From assembly GCA_951406725.2 (NCBI GenBank), contig OX597832.1, positions 8,990,001 to 9,054,000 of the forward strand: a stretch of 64,000 nucleotides of DNA, in the 5' to 3' direction. Positions 1 through 13,660 of this stretch are shown one piece after another (the first letter of the stretch is position 1; every line of letters begins with the position of its first letter). The DNA is from Octopus vulgaris (taxonomy: Eukaryota). The notes beneath the pieces are model-generated. The model did no database searches. It was given only the letters and a program-made list of their open reading frames with translations, and was not told the origin of the DNA. Position numbers and translations under genes: made by a program.

Positions 1-164
1 ATTATTGAATCTAAGCTCGTGTAGCCATATCAAGCTATATGTATGAGCAGAATCTATAGCAACTGATGTACACATCATACAATTTCACACATATGCATTC
101 TCATACACAGATTCACGTATGTGTATATATACATATAAAATATATGTTACATTACTCAATAGTC

Positions 165-337
165 AAGATAAATCTCTGAGTTTCAGATGCCGAAGTGGAA
201 ATCCACAACACTATCGCTTCGGTAATGTAACATATTATTTTATAGATAAATTTCCTCTATTTACATAATATTGAGGTATCTTTCTTTCTTTTGCTATCTT
301 ACCGTTTTTACCAATATATATATATATTGGTAAAACA
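165..337 (-). mobile_element. Decayed Penelope-like pLTR remnant with degenerate hammerhead motif, ending in a (TA)n-centred palindrome
   Basis: Minus strand reads CCGAAGC-gat..atc-t-GAAA-ctc a gag, two changes from CTGAAGA. At 304-336, gtttttaccaa(TA)nttggtaaaac is an inverted repeat around a TA tract. Confidence 0.35.
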
Positions 338-390
338 ACTCTGATTTTATTTACTTGGGTAATTGTTTTTCAGATCTTTCAATTATTATT

Positions 391-625
391 TATTTCTTTA
401 TTGCCCACAAGGGGCTACACACAGAGGGGACAAACAAGGACAGACAAACGAATTAGATTAAGTTGATTATATCGACCCCAGTGCGTAGCTGGTACTTATT
501 TAACCGACCCCTAAAGGATAACAGGCAAAGTCGACCTCGGGGGAATTTGAACTTAGAACGTAGCAGCAGAAGAAATACCGCAAATATTTCGCCCGGTGTG
601 CTAACGTTTCTGCCAGCTCGCCGCC
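391..625 (-). mobile_element. tRNA-derived SINE family B (Meta-domain-like core), near full length
   Basis: Reverse complement starts GGCGGCGAGCTGGCAGAAACGTTAGC, with core GTCGACTTTGCC..TCCTTT.GGGGTCG..AAATAAGTACCAG. Aligns with the copy at 12371-12585. Confidence 0.85.
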
Positions 626-919
626 TTCTTCCAATTATTATTGCCACACGGGTATGTTTTTAAATGTGTATTTCTTAAATGGGTATATCTTTTTGGTGAT
701 GCAATGTACCTACTCGTCTCCTTCAATATGCGTATTATTTTCATTATTTTAAAAACTCCTTAAATCTGTAATATTGTTCCTTCTAGTGTAATGAAGCGAC
801 TGTAGCTGCCTGATTATTGCTGAAGTTGTTTTAGTACCAGGAATGTGGTTCGCCTTCTTTATCAGCTGTTCTTTCTCGGGGAAAAGAATTTGCTTCGGTG
901 CGCTACAAGACCATTGCAT

Positions 920-1650
920 GAAGCAAATGGCTCACTGACTGCAGAACCCATGAATATAAAGAAAATACTAAATGGAAACTTAAACAAAATTTCTCTTCCC
1001 TACTGGAATCTGAGCAAATAAATGAACCTAACGTGTTCTTCAAATTCGCATATTCAAGCAGGGAAGAGGTTACATTGACATAAATTAAGATGATATAATT
1101 TTGGCCATTGATAAAGGGAACCTGACCTCACCAGTGAGTCATAAATGTTTTTTGTTTTAATGAGAGTTAAAAAAGGTCTTGCAAAACCACTGCAGCAACA
1201 TTTCTAATGCTTTCTTGCATTTGACGAACTACTACCAAAAGATAAAATAAGTTAAAATAATCCTCACTCATAAAGGAGAAAGCAGAGAACATGTTAAATG
1301 TTACAAGCCTATCTAGCAGACTTCTTAGGTTATCAAAATCATGGAATGCACTGTCAAGTCAATCTCATCACTAATACGCAGCATGGCTTCTGTCGAGATT
1401 GGAGATGCTATAAAGAGGTAATATACCATTATAAATGGCTAGCTCAACATTTCAATTTGAATGTGGATATCTTGTATGTACCAAGTTGACCACTGAGCGA
1501 TATTTGAAAACTACGAGTACTTGGTAAACTGAAAAACAAAATGAGTAGCTGCCTCTCTTTATGAAACGTAGGACTTCGACATCGTAGCCACTGGTATTCT
1601 CTCCGAAGAGATACCAATTCCCAGCTGTGTCCCTCATGGAACTGTAACGT
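920..1650 (+). mobile_element. Decayed CR1-clade LINE, reverse transcriptase fragment
   Basis: Frameshifted motifs LAKPLQQ, HKGESREHVKCYKPI, IKIME, NTQHGFC, NVDILY..KVDH and [15 protein letters not shown] (equivalent to SGVPQGTV). Confidence 0.75.
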
Positions 1651-1696
1651 AATGATTACTGTTGGTGGTTCCATTCGAAATTTTAGAAATGCATAC

Positions 1697-1748
<52 letters not shown>

Positions 1749-1872
1749 ATATACGTATATATATACATATATATATATATACATACACACATGTATATAT
1801 ATATATATGATTCGAAACTTGAATAAAATACCAACACGCACAGACACGCATACACACAACAAATACGTATAT

Positions 1873-2490
1873 ATAGCTGTTGACCCCAGCGTTGCTCGTG
1901 TTTTCAGTGTTGAATTTAAGCCCAACTCTGACCGTTGAAATTTTACACCTGTTTACAGTTCATGTCCATCAGTTGATGCCAGTTCTGCAATTAAATTAAA
2001 ACCATTATCGTCTCTCCTACCACAAAATTTACCTAAATTTCAAATTTCATTGATATCGGATGAAAAAAACATAAAATGTACGGCCAAAACTAAAATCGCT
2101 ATGTGTGTTTGCAAGCAAAAGGCCTTTCGATTTTATGAAACAACTGCTCAGGCACAATAATCGATTTTTTGTCAACGTCATTTACTGACATCAGCTCACT
2201 GTTTTGAGCATCGCTCACTCATCGCTTTTCATCAAAATCGAAAAAAAAAAGCAAAATCTGCAGGAAAAGTAACATCGTTATAGGAATTTAAATTCAAACA
2301 CCGGATTGAGTTCGCAAATATCGATGCCAACTAAGCTTTATCGGGTTTTTGAAAGCATTCTGGCAGTATTTGAATTTCAGGGTATGTGATCTACCTATGT
2401 GCCAAAAACAATTAAAATCGGTTGGCCGATGTCAGAAGAGTTTGCGTAACCCCAAACAAACAAATATACACCATTACACATTTATGTATG
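1873..2490 (-). mobile_element. Possible non-autonomous Helitron-like (Lep1/HINE-type) element
   Basis: One end reads TAGCTGTTGACCCCAGCGTTGCTCG. The other reads AAAATCGGTTGGCCG..GAAGAGTTTGCGTAAC..(CAAA)n. Layout resembles such elements; no ORF. Confidence 0.4.
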
Positions 2491-2501
2491 TGTATACATA
2501 C

Positions 2502-2568
<67 letters not shown>

Positions 2569-2953
2569 TACATACATACACACATACATGTACATACACA
2601 CTTATATACGCATTTTCATATACAAGGTGAATGACAGTCTACGACAAATATATATTTTTTTTATTTGGAAACCACACGTGCATGTATAAATAATGAAGTA
2701 TGGAGAGAAATTCACCCTTAGAAAATGATGAAACTGCAGATAAGAATGTGCACCCGAAATGAATATTTGCATGATGATCGTCAATGACAATGTATGCTAG
2801 TACAATACAAGATTTAGAAACCTGTTAATGAATTTGTTTGTATATTATAACTGAATTTCTTCCCTGCTTAATTCCTGCTGAACTGAAGTGAATTTCAAAA
2901 ATTCACGTGTGGAAAATTACATTTGTTTCAGTAGAATATACGTGTGCGTGTAA

Positions 2954-3032
<79 letters not shown>

Positions 3033-3994
3033 TGTGTGTGTGCGTGTGTGAGTGTGTGTGTGTTTAAAAGTATACGTATATACATACATAAGTATATATA
3101 CATATATTTGAAAGAATGTATATGCATATCCCTCTACCTCTCCGAGTACTTAAATATATATTTATATATGTGTGTGTGTGCGTGTATGTGTGCGTGTATG
3201 TGTGTGTGTGTGCGTGCGTGTGTGCGTGCGCGCGCGTGTATACATAAATGACCCGGTCGTAATTATATGCGTAAAATGTGCCCGCCTAAGCTTGCATGTT
3301 AAATGCACTTGCCTAGCGAAAGCACTGCTGAAATGAAGATCCTTAATATTTAAGCATTATAAACTTTTTGCAATCATGTATGGAAGGTAGAATATTCCAC
3401 AGAAATTGGTTTTGCAATATTGAAGCAAATAGCATTTTAAGTGCACATATTTGAGTCTTCGCCCCGTATTTGTAACCAATTATCATTTAATATTATGAGT
3501 TGATCATATTCAAACAATTACATCATGTAGCAACGTAAATTGTCGGGGTAACTCAGAACATAGAGTGCAGAGACATATATAGAAACACAATAAGACACTC
3601 CCAGAACGTTTATACTTGTTTCTGAATGTAAACAGTTTTAACTTGATTTTCCTAATTAGAACTATGTTAGAAAGTGGAAACAAACTAAAGAAACGTACAC
3701 ATTTTATAGCATTTCTCCCCAAATATAATATGGCTTAATGCATATTCCTCCCATTACAAAGAGTTTTTAAAACGGAAACAACGATATAGGTCAATGAACA
3801 CAACAAACGATTGAGACCGCTTACTATTGCATGCACTTGTCTTGGGGAAACTATTTACAAACGAGTTGAATGGGATTGGAATGTAGGGTGGTTTCTTCAA
3901 TGTCAAAATATGTTTCCGAAGAAATAATTACATCTCACTGAATTCCAAAACATCAAAATGTATACACAAAATATATTTCTTTTGTTTCTCTTTT

Positions 3995-4260
3995 TTTCTT
4001 TTCCATCTTCCAGACATTTGATTGCGGACATGCTGGGGCACTTTTTTGTAGTTGGAGGAATCGACTCTAGAACGTATACTTTGTAATCCTAGCACTTATA
4101 CTATCGGCATTTTTGCCGAACCGCCGGCATCGGTTCTCAAGCAATGTTGCGGGGGAGGGGGGGCAAACACAAACGCACAAATACATACACACACAAATAC
4201 ACGCACACACACACATACAGACACACAGACACACATACAAACATTCATATATGTATATAT
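3995..4260 (-). mobile_element. Degenerate SINE family A (3' half)
   Basis: Diverged match to the reverse complement of 46250-46440 (cat gctgg..cac, tttgta..ctag.acttat.ctatcgg, ttttgccgaaccgc). Confidence 0.7.
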
Positions 4261-4263
4261 ATA

Positions 4264-4366
4264 TTAATATAAATGAATGAAAGAGTGGAGTTCAACGACG
4301 ATTTAACATAATTCCTTTATTTGTTAAATCGTCCTTCAACTCCATTCTTTCATTTATTTGTATTAA
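4264..4366. repeat. Inverted repeat (~45-bp arms) adjoining a TA tract; Penelope-like inverted end
   Basis: 4264-4308 is the imperfect reverse complement of 4322-4366, with a 13-nt spacer. Confidence 0.75.
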
Positions 4367-4481
4367 AAAAACACAAAAATTTCCACACGAAATCATGTAG
4401 CTTCAACCGTGTTTTTCTGACGTGAATTTGCTACCCATGTATCGGTTAACCGAATTATCCATACTAAGATAATTCATTCAA

Positions 4482-4802
4482 CTCTCTCTTTACTCTCTCT
4501 TTTACTCTTTTACTTGTTTCAGTCATTTGACTGCGGCCATGCTGGAGCACCGCCTTTAATCGAGCAACTCGACCCCGGGAAGCAATGCTAGAGGGACAAA
4601 CACAGACACACAAACACACATACACGCATATATATATACATATATACGACAGGCTTCTTTCAGTTTCCGTCTACCAAATCCACTCACAAGGCTTTGGTCG
4701 GCCCGAGGCTATAGTAGAAGACACTTGCCCAAGGTGCCACACAGTGGGACTGAACCCGGAACCATGTGATTGGTAAACAAGCTACTTACCACACAGCCAC
4801 TC
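4482..4802 (-). mobile_element. SINE family A with internal deletion
   Basis: High identity to the reverse complement of 45975-46450. About 85 bp are missing between ccccggga and agcaatgcta. Confidence 0.9.
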
Positions 4803-4827
4803 ATATTAATATATGTATATATATATA

Positions 4828-4988
4828 TACGACGGGTTTCTTTCCGTTTCCCTCTACCAAATCTACTCACAAATCTTTGGTCAGCTCGAGACTATAGAAG
4901 AAATTTGCTGAAGGTGCCACGCAGTGGGACTGAACCCGGACCCATGTGGTTGGGAAGAAGCCCATTAGCACACAGTCACTTCTGCACC
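4828..4988 (-). mobile_element. SINE family A, 5' half
   Basis: aaggtgccacgcagtgggactgaacccgg tRNA-like B-box region and flanks match family A. Confidence 0.8.
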
Positions 4989-5439
4989 TATTTCTTTTTC
5001 TTTTACAAATATTAGAATTACAAAGATTTTCGACACTGGGGCGAGAATTTGAATGATATTATGCTATGGAATTATCATAATACCATTCCTTTTGTGATTT
5101 TTGTGTCCTGCATTGAAGAAATACGATCCTATCAAACGATCTATTGAATTTTATGAAAATGACATTTCTTTGCTTTCCCCCCTATTATAATATTTTCAAG
5201 GGTTAGAAATCGGAGAATTATATTGCATCTTCTGGTGATCGCAATTAAGGTGGTTTTAACTCAACATTCAGTAATTATTTTGAAAATGCTATTGTTAACA
5301 TAATTGCATAGACAGGAGAACTCACTCTTACACAGATATATGTGTGCGTTTGTGTGTGTGAGAGAGAATGAGATGGTATTGCGTTTGTGAGTGTATGTGT
5401 GTGTGTGAGAAAATATGTGTGTTTGTGAGTGTGTGTATA

Positions 5440-6560
5440 CCTAAGTGTGAGGTCCTCATGTCCCAGGTCCAACTGTCATATTGAAACTCAATATATGACT
5501 CTCAAAATGCACACATAAGACAAATCGATATCATAGCATGTAGTACATAGTCGGTTATTGAAATCGAACAGGCAAATGTGAAGACTGCTTCACAAAGATA
5601 GCAGTTCCCCACTATGTTGATAAACACACCTGTGTACTTCTCTTGGGTATCCAATGTTAGATAGCCCGAGGACCTCATGCTCTCAGGAAGGACAAAACTG
5701 CTAGCATGCACAGATGAACTCATTACCCAACCTTGACCATACTTCATCTGTGGACCAAAGTGGACTAAACAACCAGCAGAAATAATATACTGGATCTCTG
5801 TTTCACATAATGGTATATCATCCATAGTGTGAAAGTGAAATTGGTAATATGGTACTAGACTCGGATCACAAGATGATAGGGGGTTCTATGTATGGATCCA
5901 AGGCACCCGCGGACATACAGCTTATAAGAAAAAAACGAAATCTCTCCAGTTTAAACTTTCATGAAGCAAACTGGAAAATCATTCAGTAAGATATCATCAA
6001 ACGGGATTGGCCTAAATATCTCTCCACGACAGACACTGATATGAGACACACACATTTCATGTTGGTAGTATAAGTGATACCCTAAATATTCCTTTCAACT
6101 TGCTTAAGAAGCAGCTGTAGTACGCTACAATGTAGAGTACATCGAAAGCGACAGAACGAGCAAAAATTCAGCGAGGTTACACAAAGAAGACCGTTTCAAT
6201 CCAGTGGGAAAGGCTGAACGATTTAAGCCTCTACAGCCGAGAATGGAGGCGGCGGCAAACATATGCAGTGATATACAGCTGTAAAATTCTGGAATTGAAA
6301 ATTTCAGAAACAGCAGAACAGAGCACCGTTGCATAGGACAGGATACCGCGACGGCTTTGATTTCAAGCACCCACTTTTCATCAATATCCTCCCCAAAATC
6401 TGAGAGTTTGCAAGGTGTGGATGTAATTACCTTCAGCACATTCTAGGTTTCACCATGTCAAGAATTCTGGATAAGCCTATCCAACAGCAACAAACACAGA
6501 TTAAGACAACGCCATCAAACTCCCTCATTCATCAAATTCCATATGCCAGAGGAGCTTCAA
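5440..6560 (+). mobile_element. Decayed CR1-clade LINE: APE endonuclease joined to ORF2 C-terminus (RT deleted)
   Basis: Endonuclease motifs GKCEDCFTKI, VLLLG, RNNILDLCFT, SDHKMI, LNFHEANWK. C-terminal motifs IQRGYTKK, WERLNDLSLYS, NILPK, SNSLIHQ. Many stops and frameshifts. Confidence 0.75.
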
Positions 6561-6789
6561 GTTGTGAAAAGAATATATACATACATACATACCTGCATAC
6601 ATACATACATACATACATACATACATACATACATGCATACATACATACATACGCACGTACATAAATATATACATACATATATACATACATTTATACAAAT
6701 ATACATATATATATATATATATACAGATACATATATAAATAATATATAAATATATGCATATAAACCTACATATATGTACACACCTACAT

Positions 6790-7075
6790 CTATATATATA
6801 CATCCATATATGGATACAGGACATCAAAAACAAACGTTAAACACAATGAGTAACATAAACATAAAAACAAAAACATGGAAACGTACTTTTTCTCAAACAA
6901 CACAAAATCAGAGCACAAGACATACAACACAAGGAATATTCCACTTCTGCAGTTGTCCCTGTTTCGTCTACTCTGTGTTTCGAAACAATAGATGTGTACC
7001 ACAACCGTGGGTGACAGCAGGTAGAGTAAACCGTGTCGGTGCTCTATTCTACATTTAAACACACTAATCGACTTA
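6790..7075 (-). mobile_element. Non-coding repeat related to 30160-30420 (putative Penelope-associated)
   Basis: Minus strand TTTCGAAACACAGAGTAGACGAAACAGGGACAACTGCAGAAGTGG parallels CTTCGAAAAACGCTGGAGTTGAACTAGGGACAGCTGATGAAGGGG at 30241. It is followed by a similar T-rich tail. Confidence 0.5.
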
Positions 7076-7130
7076 TACGTATTGGTCCAAATTATTTATT
7101 ATTATTTATTATTATAAGCATATATATATA

Positions 7131-7463
7131 AAGGGTAAAGACCCCCTTCGGTCATGAATGACCATGGGATTGCACCTAGAAAGTTACCCTCCTAGACACA
7201 AGTCCGGGCAAGGTTGTTTATGGAAGACCAGCATTCGCCCATGCATACCAGCCTCCCCTCTCCACGCCACCAGTGTTATCCAAGGGAAAGACAAAGGTCG
7301 ATACAGCTTGGCACCTGTGACGTCGCAACTCATTTCTACAGCTGAGTGAACTGGAGTAACGTGAAATAAAGTGCCTTGCTTAAGAACACAACACGCAGCC
7401 CGGTCTGGGAATCGAGCTCACAACCTCACGATCGTAAGCTCGACGCTCTAACCACTGAGCCAT
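7131..7463 (-). mobile_element. tRNA-derived SINE family C
   Basis: Head ATGGCTCAGTGGTTAGAGCGTCG..GCTCGATTCC (A and B boxes). Central TTGTGTTCTTAAGCAAGGCACTT..CACTCAGCTGTAGAAATGAG domain. Tail GACCGAAGGGGGTCTTTACCC. Confidence 0.85.
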
Positions 7464-7659
7464 CAGTGTGTGCACTCACATGTATGTGAATGTAAGCATG
7501 ATACTTCCCTCTGTATTTGTGTCTGTGTGTATTTTAGTGACGTTTTAAGAAATCCCAACTGATTTTTTTTATGGAGCTATTATCAAATACTTTGGTACCC
7601 TTAAAAGATACATCAGTAATATGAGATGTAAAACATATCAAAATGCCTGCTCAATATAT

Positions 7660-7706
<47 letters not shown>

Positions 7707-8086
7707 GCACCGGGAAGATGTGTAAGACTTTTAAACACCCCAATATTTATAATGAATTTTTTAGCTGCTAAAACACAAATAGATCATATGCAGCCATAAT
7801 CTGTAGACAACATTCGCTGTAATTTACAAATGTTTCTCGAACTATACTTGATGATAATCTTGAAACCTATTAGATATTTCATTTCGCTTCCTGATACCTT
7901 TGACGTAATCAAAATATTTTCTGTGTATTCTAACTAATTGATAAACAGCAGACTGCATTGAAATGAATGATTAAATGAATTGATCAAAGTATTATAAATT
8001 ATTTACGTTTAGATCTAAATTTCGATGCTCGAAATCTCAGCTGATTAAATATATGATTAAATAAACATTTTTCCATCTGGTTGTGT

Positions 8087-8195
<109 letters not shown>

Positions 8196-8439
8196 CACAT
8201 ACATACACACATATATACATATACATATACACACGCATATGTATATAATTATGCATATATATATACATATATATATATATGTGTGTTTCTCTGTGTGTGT
8301 ATCACTATGTACAAGTTTGTAATCTATTACTGCTAGGATGTTTACGTTGTAATCTCTGAATAACGTTGCAGTATTTTATGCTTCAGCGGTATGGTGAGTG
8401 CATTTATAGAACCGGTTTTTAAAGGTATTTTATCTTTCG

Positions 8440-8740
8440 CCAGTCAACCAGCTTTATTACCTTCATCTTTACCGTCAGCCACATCTATGCAGCGAGAAGA
8501 TCAGGCAAAAAATGTTGGGACTTTCCGGTTTCTGCCTGCGCCACCATGAATTAGAAGCATCAATATTAGTAGCGTGGAACCCACTTCAAGTTTATGTAAA
8601 AAAGCAAAAGCGTCGTCACACTTACATCGACAACTTAATCGCTGACACTGGCTAGGTGTGCACACAGGACCATCAGGCAGTGATGTTTGGATGCAGAACT
8701 GGAGCGTGTGGACACTGCTGCTGTGGCCTGGCCATATTAT
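8440..8740 (+). mobile_element. Decayed RTE-clade LINE C-terminal fragment
   Basis: GLSGFCLRHHELEASILVAWNPLQ..KRRHTYIDNLIADTG resembles the RTE motif RLAGHC.RH....LW.P..G...GRP..TYID.L..DTG. Confidence 0.65.
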
Positions 8741-8764
8741 AGATAATACATACTTACACACAAA

Positions 8765-8943
8765 CAGGTTTTAAATTTTGGTACAAGCCATTTCTTAGGA
8801 GGAAATGAGTGGACTACATGAACACCTATAATTTATTTCACTGTTCCCGAAAAGACCATGGCAAAGTTGACCTTGGCAGACTTTGAACACAACGTAATAA
8901 TTTCATAATTTCAGTTTCGTTAACATTTTGCTCTGGTCAGCTG
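8765..8943 (-). mobile_element. Highly degenerate SINE family B
   Basis: ggcaaagttgaccttggcagactttgaac matches ggcaaagtcgacctcggcggaatttgaac. Confidence 0.55.
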
Positions 8944-9224
8944 AAACAACGATGATTCTTTCTCACTGTTTTTGTATATGTTAGTTGTGACGTGTATAGT
9001 CAAAAGATGCTAATAGTGAGTATACTTTATCCATAACGCCCAAAAGAAGCAACAGATTTAACCTCCTGCTTTACCACTGATTATTCTCATACATTGTTTT
9101 TAAACACAGAGTGTCAACATATATCTCTGGATTAATATCAATGTTTTATTCACTAAGTAGGATACACACTCGGCTATTTTCTGCATCTATCTATTTATCT
9201 CTCTCTCTCTCTCTCTCTCTTTCT

Positions 9225-9280
<56 letters not shown>

Positions 9281-9283
<3 letters not shown>

Positions 9284-9659
9284 ACTCATAAATAAGGGCA
9301 AATGAAAAAATTTCTAATGCCAAATATGCCGAAAAATTGGACTGGAGTATTTCCATTTTGGATGTATTTGGAGTACGTAGTTGTGCTCATGACTTAGTGT
9401 TTACTTCTTCCATGGGTATGAGTAAGCATCTCATTTATTTCTTTTGCCACATGTATCACTAACGCAGGGAGGGCTGCTATGAGCTAACCCTGAAATCGGT
9501 CCGATATGGTAATAATGGAATTTTTTAGAAATTTCTGTCGACCTTTTTTCGAGTAGCGTGTGTAATGTGAAAAAATTATATGGTTAATGGACAATATATC
9601 CAATTTTTCGTCATATTTGGCATTAGAAATTTTTTCGTTTGCCCTTATTTATGAATTGT
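9281..9659 (+). mobile_element. Non-autonomous Penelope-like element in (TA)n, with 61-bp inverted arms and an internal HHR motif
   Basis: 9281-9341 vs 9599-9659 are inverted with 3 mismatches. (TA)n lies on both sides. Confidence 0.75.
9454..9511 (+). ncRNA. Degenerate type I hammerhead ribozyme
   Basis: Stem I TATCA/TGGTA. Core CTAACGC (two changes from CTGACGA). Stem II AGGG/CCCT, then GAAA. Palindromic stem III TCGG-T-CCGA, then TA site. Confidence 0.65.
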
Positions 9660-11329
9660 ATATATATATATATATATATAAAATTAGAAACAGAACACCT
9701 TTTATCAATTCAAAATGAATAATTACACCATCTAGAAAATTACATATAATAGAAAAGTTAAAATTAAAATAACAACAAAATGTGAAGATTAATTAAATTG
9801 CAAAAAAATTGAGTTTTTTCCTTGTAAGTTTGGATTTCATTCACTCAAATAATAATAATTATATATATACATATAAGCTTTTCCTTATTTCTAGTATCAC
9901 ATTCGCGAGTGACCGATGTAATAGGGGTCGAAACAATCGTTTTGGTTAATGAATAAACTCGCGAATTCTATTTTCAGTTTCTCTTATTAGTTATAGATAA
10001 AACAGTTGCTCCAGCATGATCGCAACTGCATATTCTCAATCGAATACAAGAATAAAAGAAAGTGCAAATGCAGAGAGCAAGACAGAGAGAGAGAGAGAGA
10101 GAGAAACAGACTGGCAGAGAGTGTGTGTGAGAGAATGAGTAGTCAGTAATGAATAAAAAAAAACATTTTTGCTCCTTTCTGGTATTCATCATAAATGAAT
10201 GAAAATAATGAAAATTCATAACTTGTATACGACGTTAGTTGTGTGTGAGTATATATGTATGTGTACATGTATTTTTGTGCGTGTCTAATCAATTGTGCTC
10301 GCTGAATTTTCAAATAAACTATTTATGAGAAATCCTTGGAAGCTGGGTTAGACACAAAGGAGGAGAGAAAGAAAGGTAACATGACAATTGAACAAAAACT
10401 TGTCACTAACAGAATGAGTAGAAGAAATTTATTGGAATTGATAAAACATTTGACCTTTTTGTGCTGTTATCAGCTTGAACCATATCACTAAAACACACCT
10501 CTTTTTCTTCTTTTCTTTCTTTTTCTACTCTGTCAAACCCAGCCTCCTAAGATATATACAATTTGTTTAAAAACTCACTACGTACGCACATGCTTATATA
10601 CACATATATATATGCTTATATACACATACATTCACACAAACGTAGAATGAAAATTATAAAGAGTATCTCAAATAATCCTTCCCAAAACATCCCTTATCCA
10701 AAACCCAAGAAAACAAATTCAACTACAGTCATTTGATTTCAAGTAACTTTATAGAAGAATGAAGTTTCAATTGGAAATTCCTAATGAATCGCTGAGAGCA
10801 GCGAAAGTGCTAAATAAATAGTTTTAATACAAATCCGCACTATCTTATGTTACCGAAAATATAAAGTCTGTACTCCAGTCCAGACAATCTCCACATATAT
10901 ACAAACAATCTCCACATACACATTCACATAGACAAACACACGCACACGCAAACACACACACATACACACAAACATACATATAAATATATGTATATATATT
11001 TTTCACGCACATACACTTGAAAGAGCTAATTACAGACACTGGATTGTGCTTTACAAACCATCATAAAATTCATTCTTGACATTTTATATGCTTACGCTGT
11101 TCTTTAGCTTCATACTTCAGACATTTTGCCGCACACCCAATTTTGGCGCTAAGAAAAAATAACTGATTATTCTAAAAAGTAGAAATACTTATTTCTCAGA
11201 TTAGCTAACGTAAGATGGTTTTTACTGTTCTTTAAGAAGATACTAAAAATACATTAATCCTTAATGCCGTATTTGAGAACACAATCACTCATGGCCGGCA
11301 AATGAACCTTAGTGGAATAGCATAGCGAA

Positions 11330-12140
11330 ACTGCATTAAAACAAAACATGTTTATCTCGTGAAATCTATTCACAGTCTGCAACATTTAAGTGCGACCTAC
11401 TGCAAAATACTGCTTTCATATGTGTGATAATATTGCTGGTAGATGCAAACACCCAAGCACTTCATTTTCAGGTACTGCATTCTGACATACATCTGTTAAT
11501 GTTTCCTGTGCTATTATGGTTCCATGCAACCCTCTTTCAAGTATAGTAGATAAAAAAAAAACTTCCTCTTATGTTGGTTTCTCTCCGCTTTTCGACTTCT
11601 TTAACCACTATGCGCATTCATTATTACCTTAATAACAGTTCCATTGGTTCCTTTTGCATCAAGTCAGTTTGAAGATCTTCAAATCCTAAATGCACAACAA
11701 CCGTTTCTCAGTTTCAGTGAAACAAGAAAAGATTATGGTCAATCTTCTATAAAAGAAAATTGTTAAACGCTAGGTTTGAAGGCGAAACAAATAAGGTTAG
11801 AAATTTAATAATCAGTCAAAAATATTTTAGACAAAACTGATTTGGAATATTCTATTCTCATCAAGCAATTTCTTGGTATCTTGTTGAACTGGGAAAGAAT
11901 TACAATTCTATGATGATTTGGGGTTTTCTCGAGACACTTCCATTAACGTCGTACAGTATTTAAGCTTCAGATTGTAATCGACAGTCAATAGGTAATATTG
12001 GGACACAACATAAAGCGACGTTATATTTAGTATTGAACAGGCAAAAACTAAAGAAAAACGAATTGCCATAATATTATAACTGTGTTCCAAATGGAATATC
12101 CATACCCATTTTTGTTTCCCTACGAAGTCCAATTCTTCAG
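11330..12140 (+). pseudogene. Possible decayed B-box/coiled-coil (TRIM-like) exon
   Basis: Frameshifted KTCLSREIYSQSATFKC..YCKI..MCD..CW and IHYYLNNSSIGSFCIKS..PKC resemble B-box1 and B-box2. Lies upstream of, and on the same strand as, the SPRY-like exons. Confidence 0.3.
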
Positions 12141-12152
12141 TGCTTGGTCAAG

Positions 12153-12738
12153 TACTTGTTTCAGTAGCCATGCTCGAGTACCACCTTTAGAGCTAATCGA
12201 CCCTGGACTTATTCCTTGTAAGCCCAGTACTTATTCAATCGGTCTTTTTGCCGAACTGCTAAGTTACGGGACGTAAATACACCAGCATCCGTTGTCAAGC
12301 AATGTTGGGGAGACAAACACAGGCACATAAACATATACACACACGTACACATATATATATACATATATACGGCGAGCTGGCAGAGACGTTAGCACGGCGG
12401 GCGAAATGCGTAGCCGTATTTCGTCTGCCGCTACGTTGTGAGTTCAAATTCCGTCGAGGTCGACTTTACCTTTCATCCTTTCGGGGTCGATTAAATAAGT
12501 ACCAGTTACGCACTGGGGTCGATATAATCGACTTAATCCGTTTGTTTGTCCTCTCTGTGTTTAGCCCCTTGTGGGTAGTAAAGAAATACATATATACAAC
12601 GCGTATCTTTCAGTTTCCGTCTACCAAATCCACTCACAAGGCTTTGGTCTGCCCGAGGCTATAGTAGAAGACACTTGCCCGGAACCATGTGGTTGGCAAG
12701 TAAGTTACTTGCCACACAGCCACTCCTCCTACGCCTAT
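12153..12738 (-). mobile_element. SINE family A, interrupted by a family B SINE
   Basis: Both halves match family A. There is also a microhomology (ccc) deletion in the tRNA-like head. Confidence 0.9.
12371..12585 (+). mobile_element. SINE family B nested in SINE A, with 12-bp TSD
   Basis: ATACATATATAC at 12359-12370 and 12586-12597. B box GAGTTCAAATTCC. Confidence 0.92.
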
Positions 12739-13660
12739 ATGTGAATGCACAAAATATTTTGAGTACCTGCATCTTTTGCTAATTCTTGCCCGTTCATTGT
12801 TTTGGTACACAGAAATTCATTTTAAGTTCTTTAACATAACAGAAAATTTCATTATTGAGTTTTTCCAAATCCTCTTTGACTCGAGCTCTTGTGAAACGTT
12901 ACCGCTCAAAATCCTCTATCTATCGCTCCAATATAGATAATTAAAAGGTGTTAGTATCTGAATATTATCCATAAAATAATGCTATATACCAAATGAGCTC
13001 TCAGGTTCGCCGTTTATATCTGGATATTATTCGATATTAGTAAATAAAATTTCACCTAAATGATTATAAGTCACAGGACGGTGCCGAGTATACTGGTGTG
13101 CAAGCGTACATGCGTGCTTGTATATCTTACAAGCACACGTGCATGATTTATAGGTTTGGAATTGATAGATATATAGAAAGACTGGAACGCCTGTACAATG
13201 ACATTGAGAAGTGAAATAATGTGCATAGAAGCCACTGATTCTGCTATTGTTTTATTGTTGCTCCAATTAATTAAGGTTATCGTGTACATAAGGTATGTTC
13301 ATTGTAACTTCATTCTCTATATTCATTGTATTTCTGTAACGACGGATGATATGAGAAGTAAATTTAGAAAAATATTTTACGCTCGGTATAGCTATAATAT
13401 CCATATAGTATACGAAGGATAATAAATAAATAAAACATTTTCATTCTGGGTATGCGCCAAAATTTTGAACCCCATTATTCTGCATACATAATCCAATTTA
13501 AACTGAAGCTCGAAATACAGATATATTCCTTGATAAGTGAAATCGCCTCTAATCCATGTCTTAGGAATTACTATTAAATGTCATCTTGAGTAAATAACCG
13601 AAATATTTGCAATCATCATCTTTTCGGTTGACAAGTAAGATTACATGCGTTTCACCTCAG

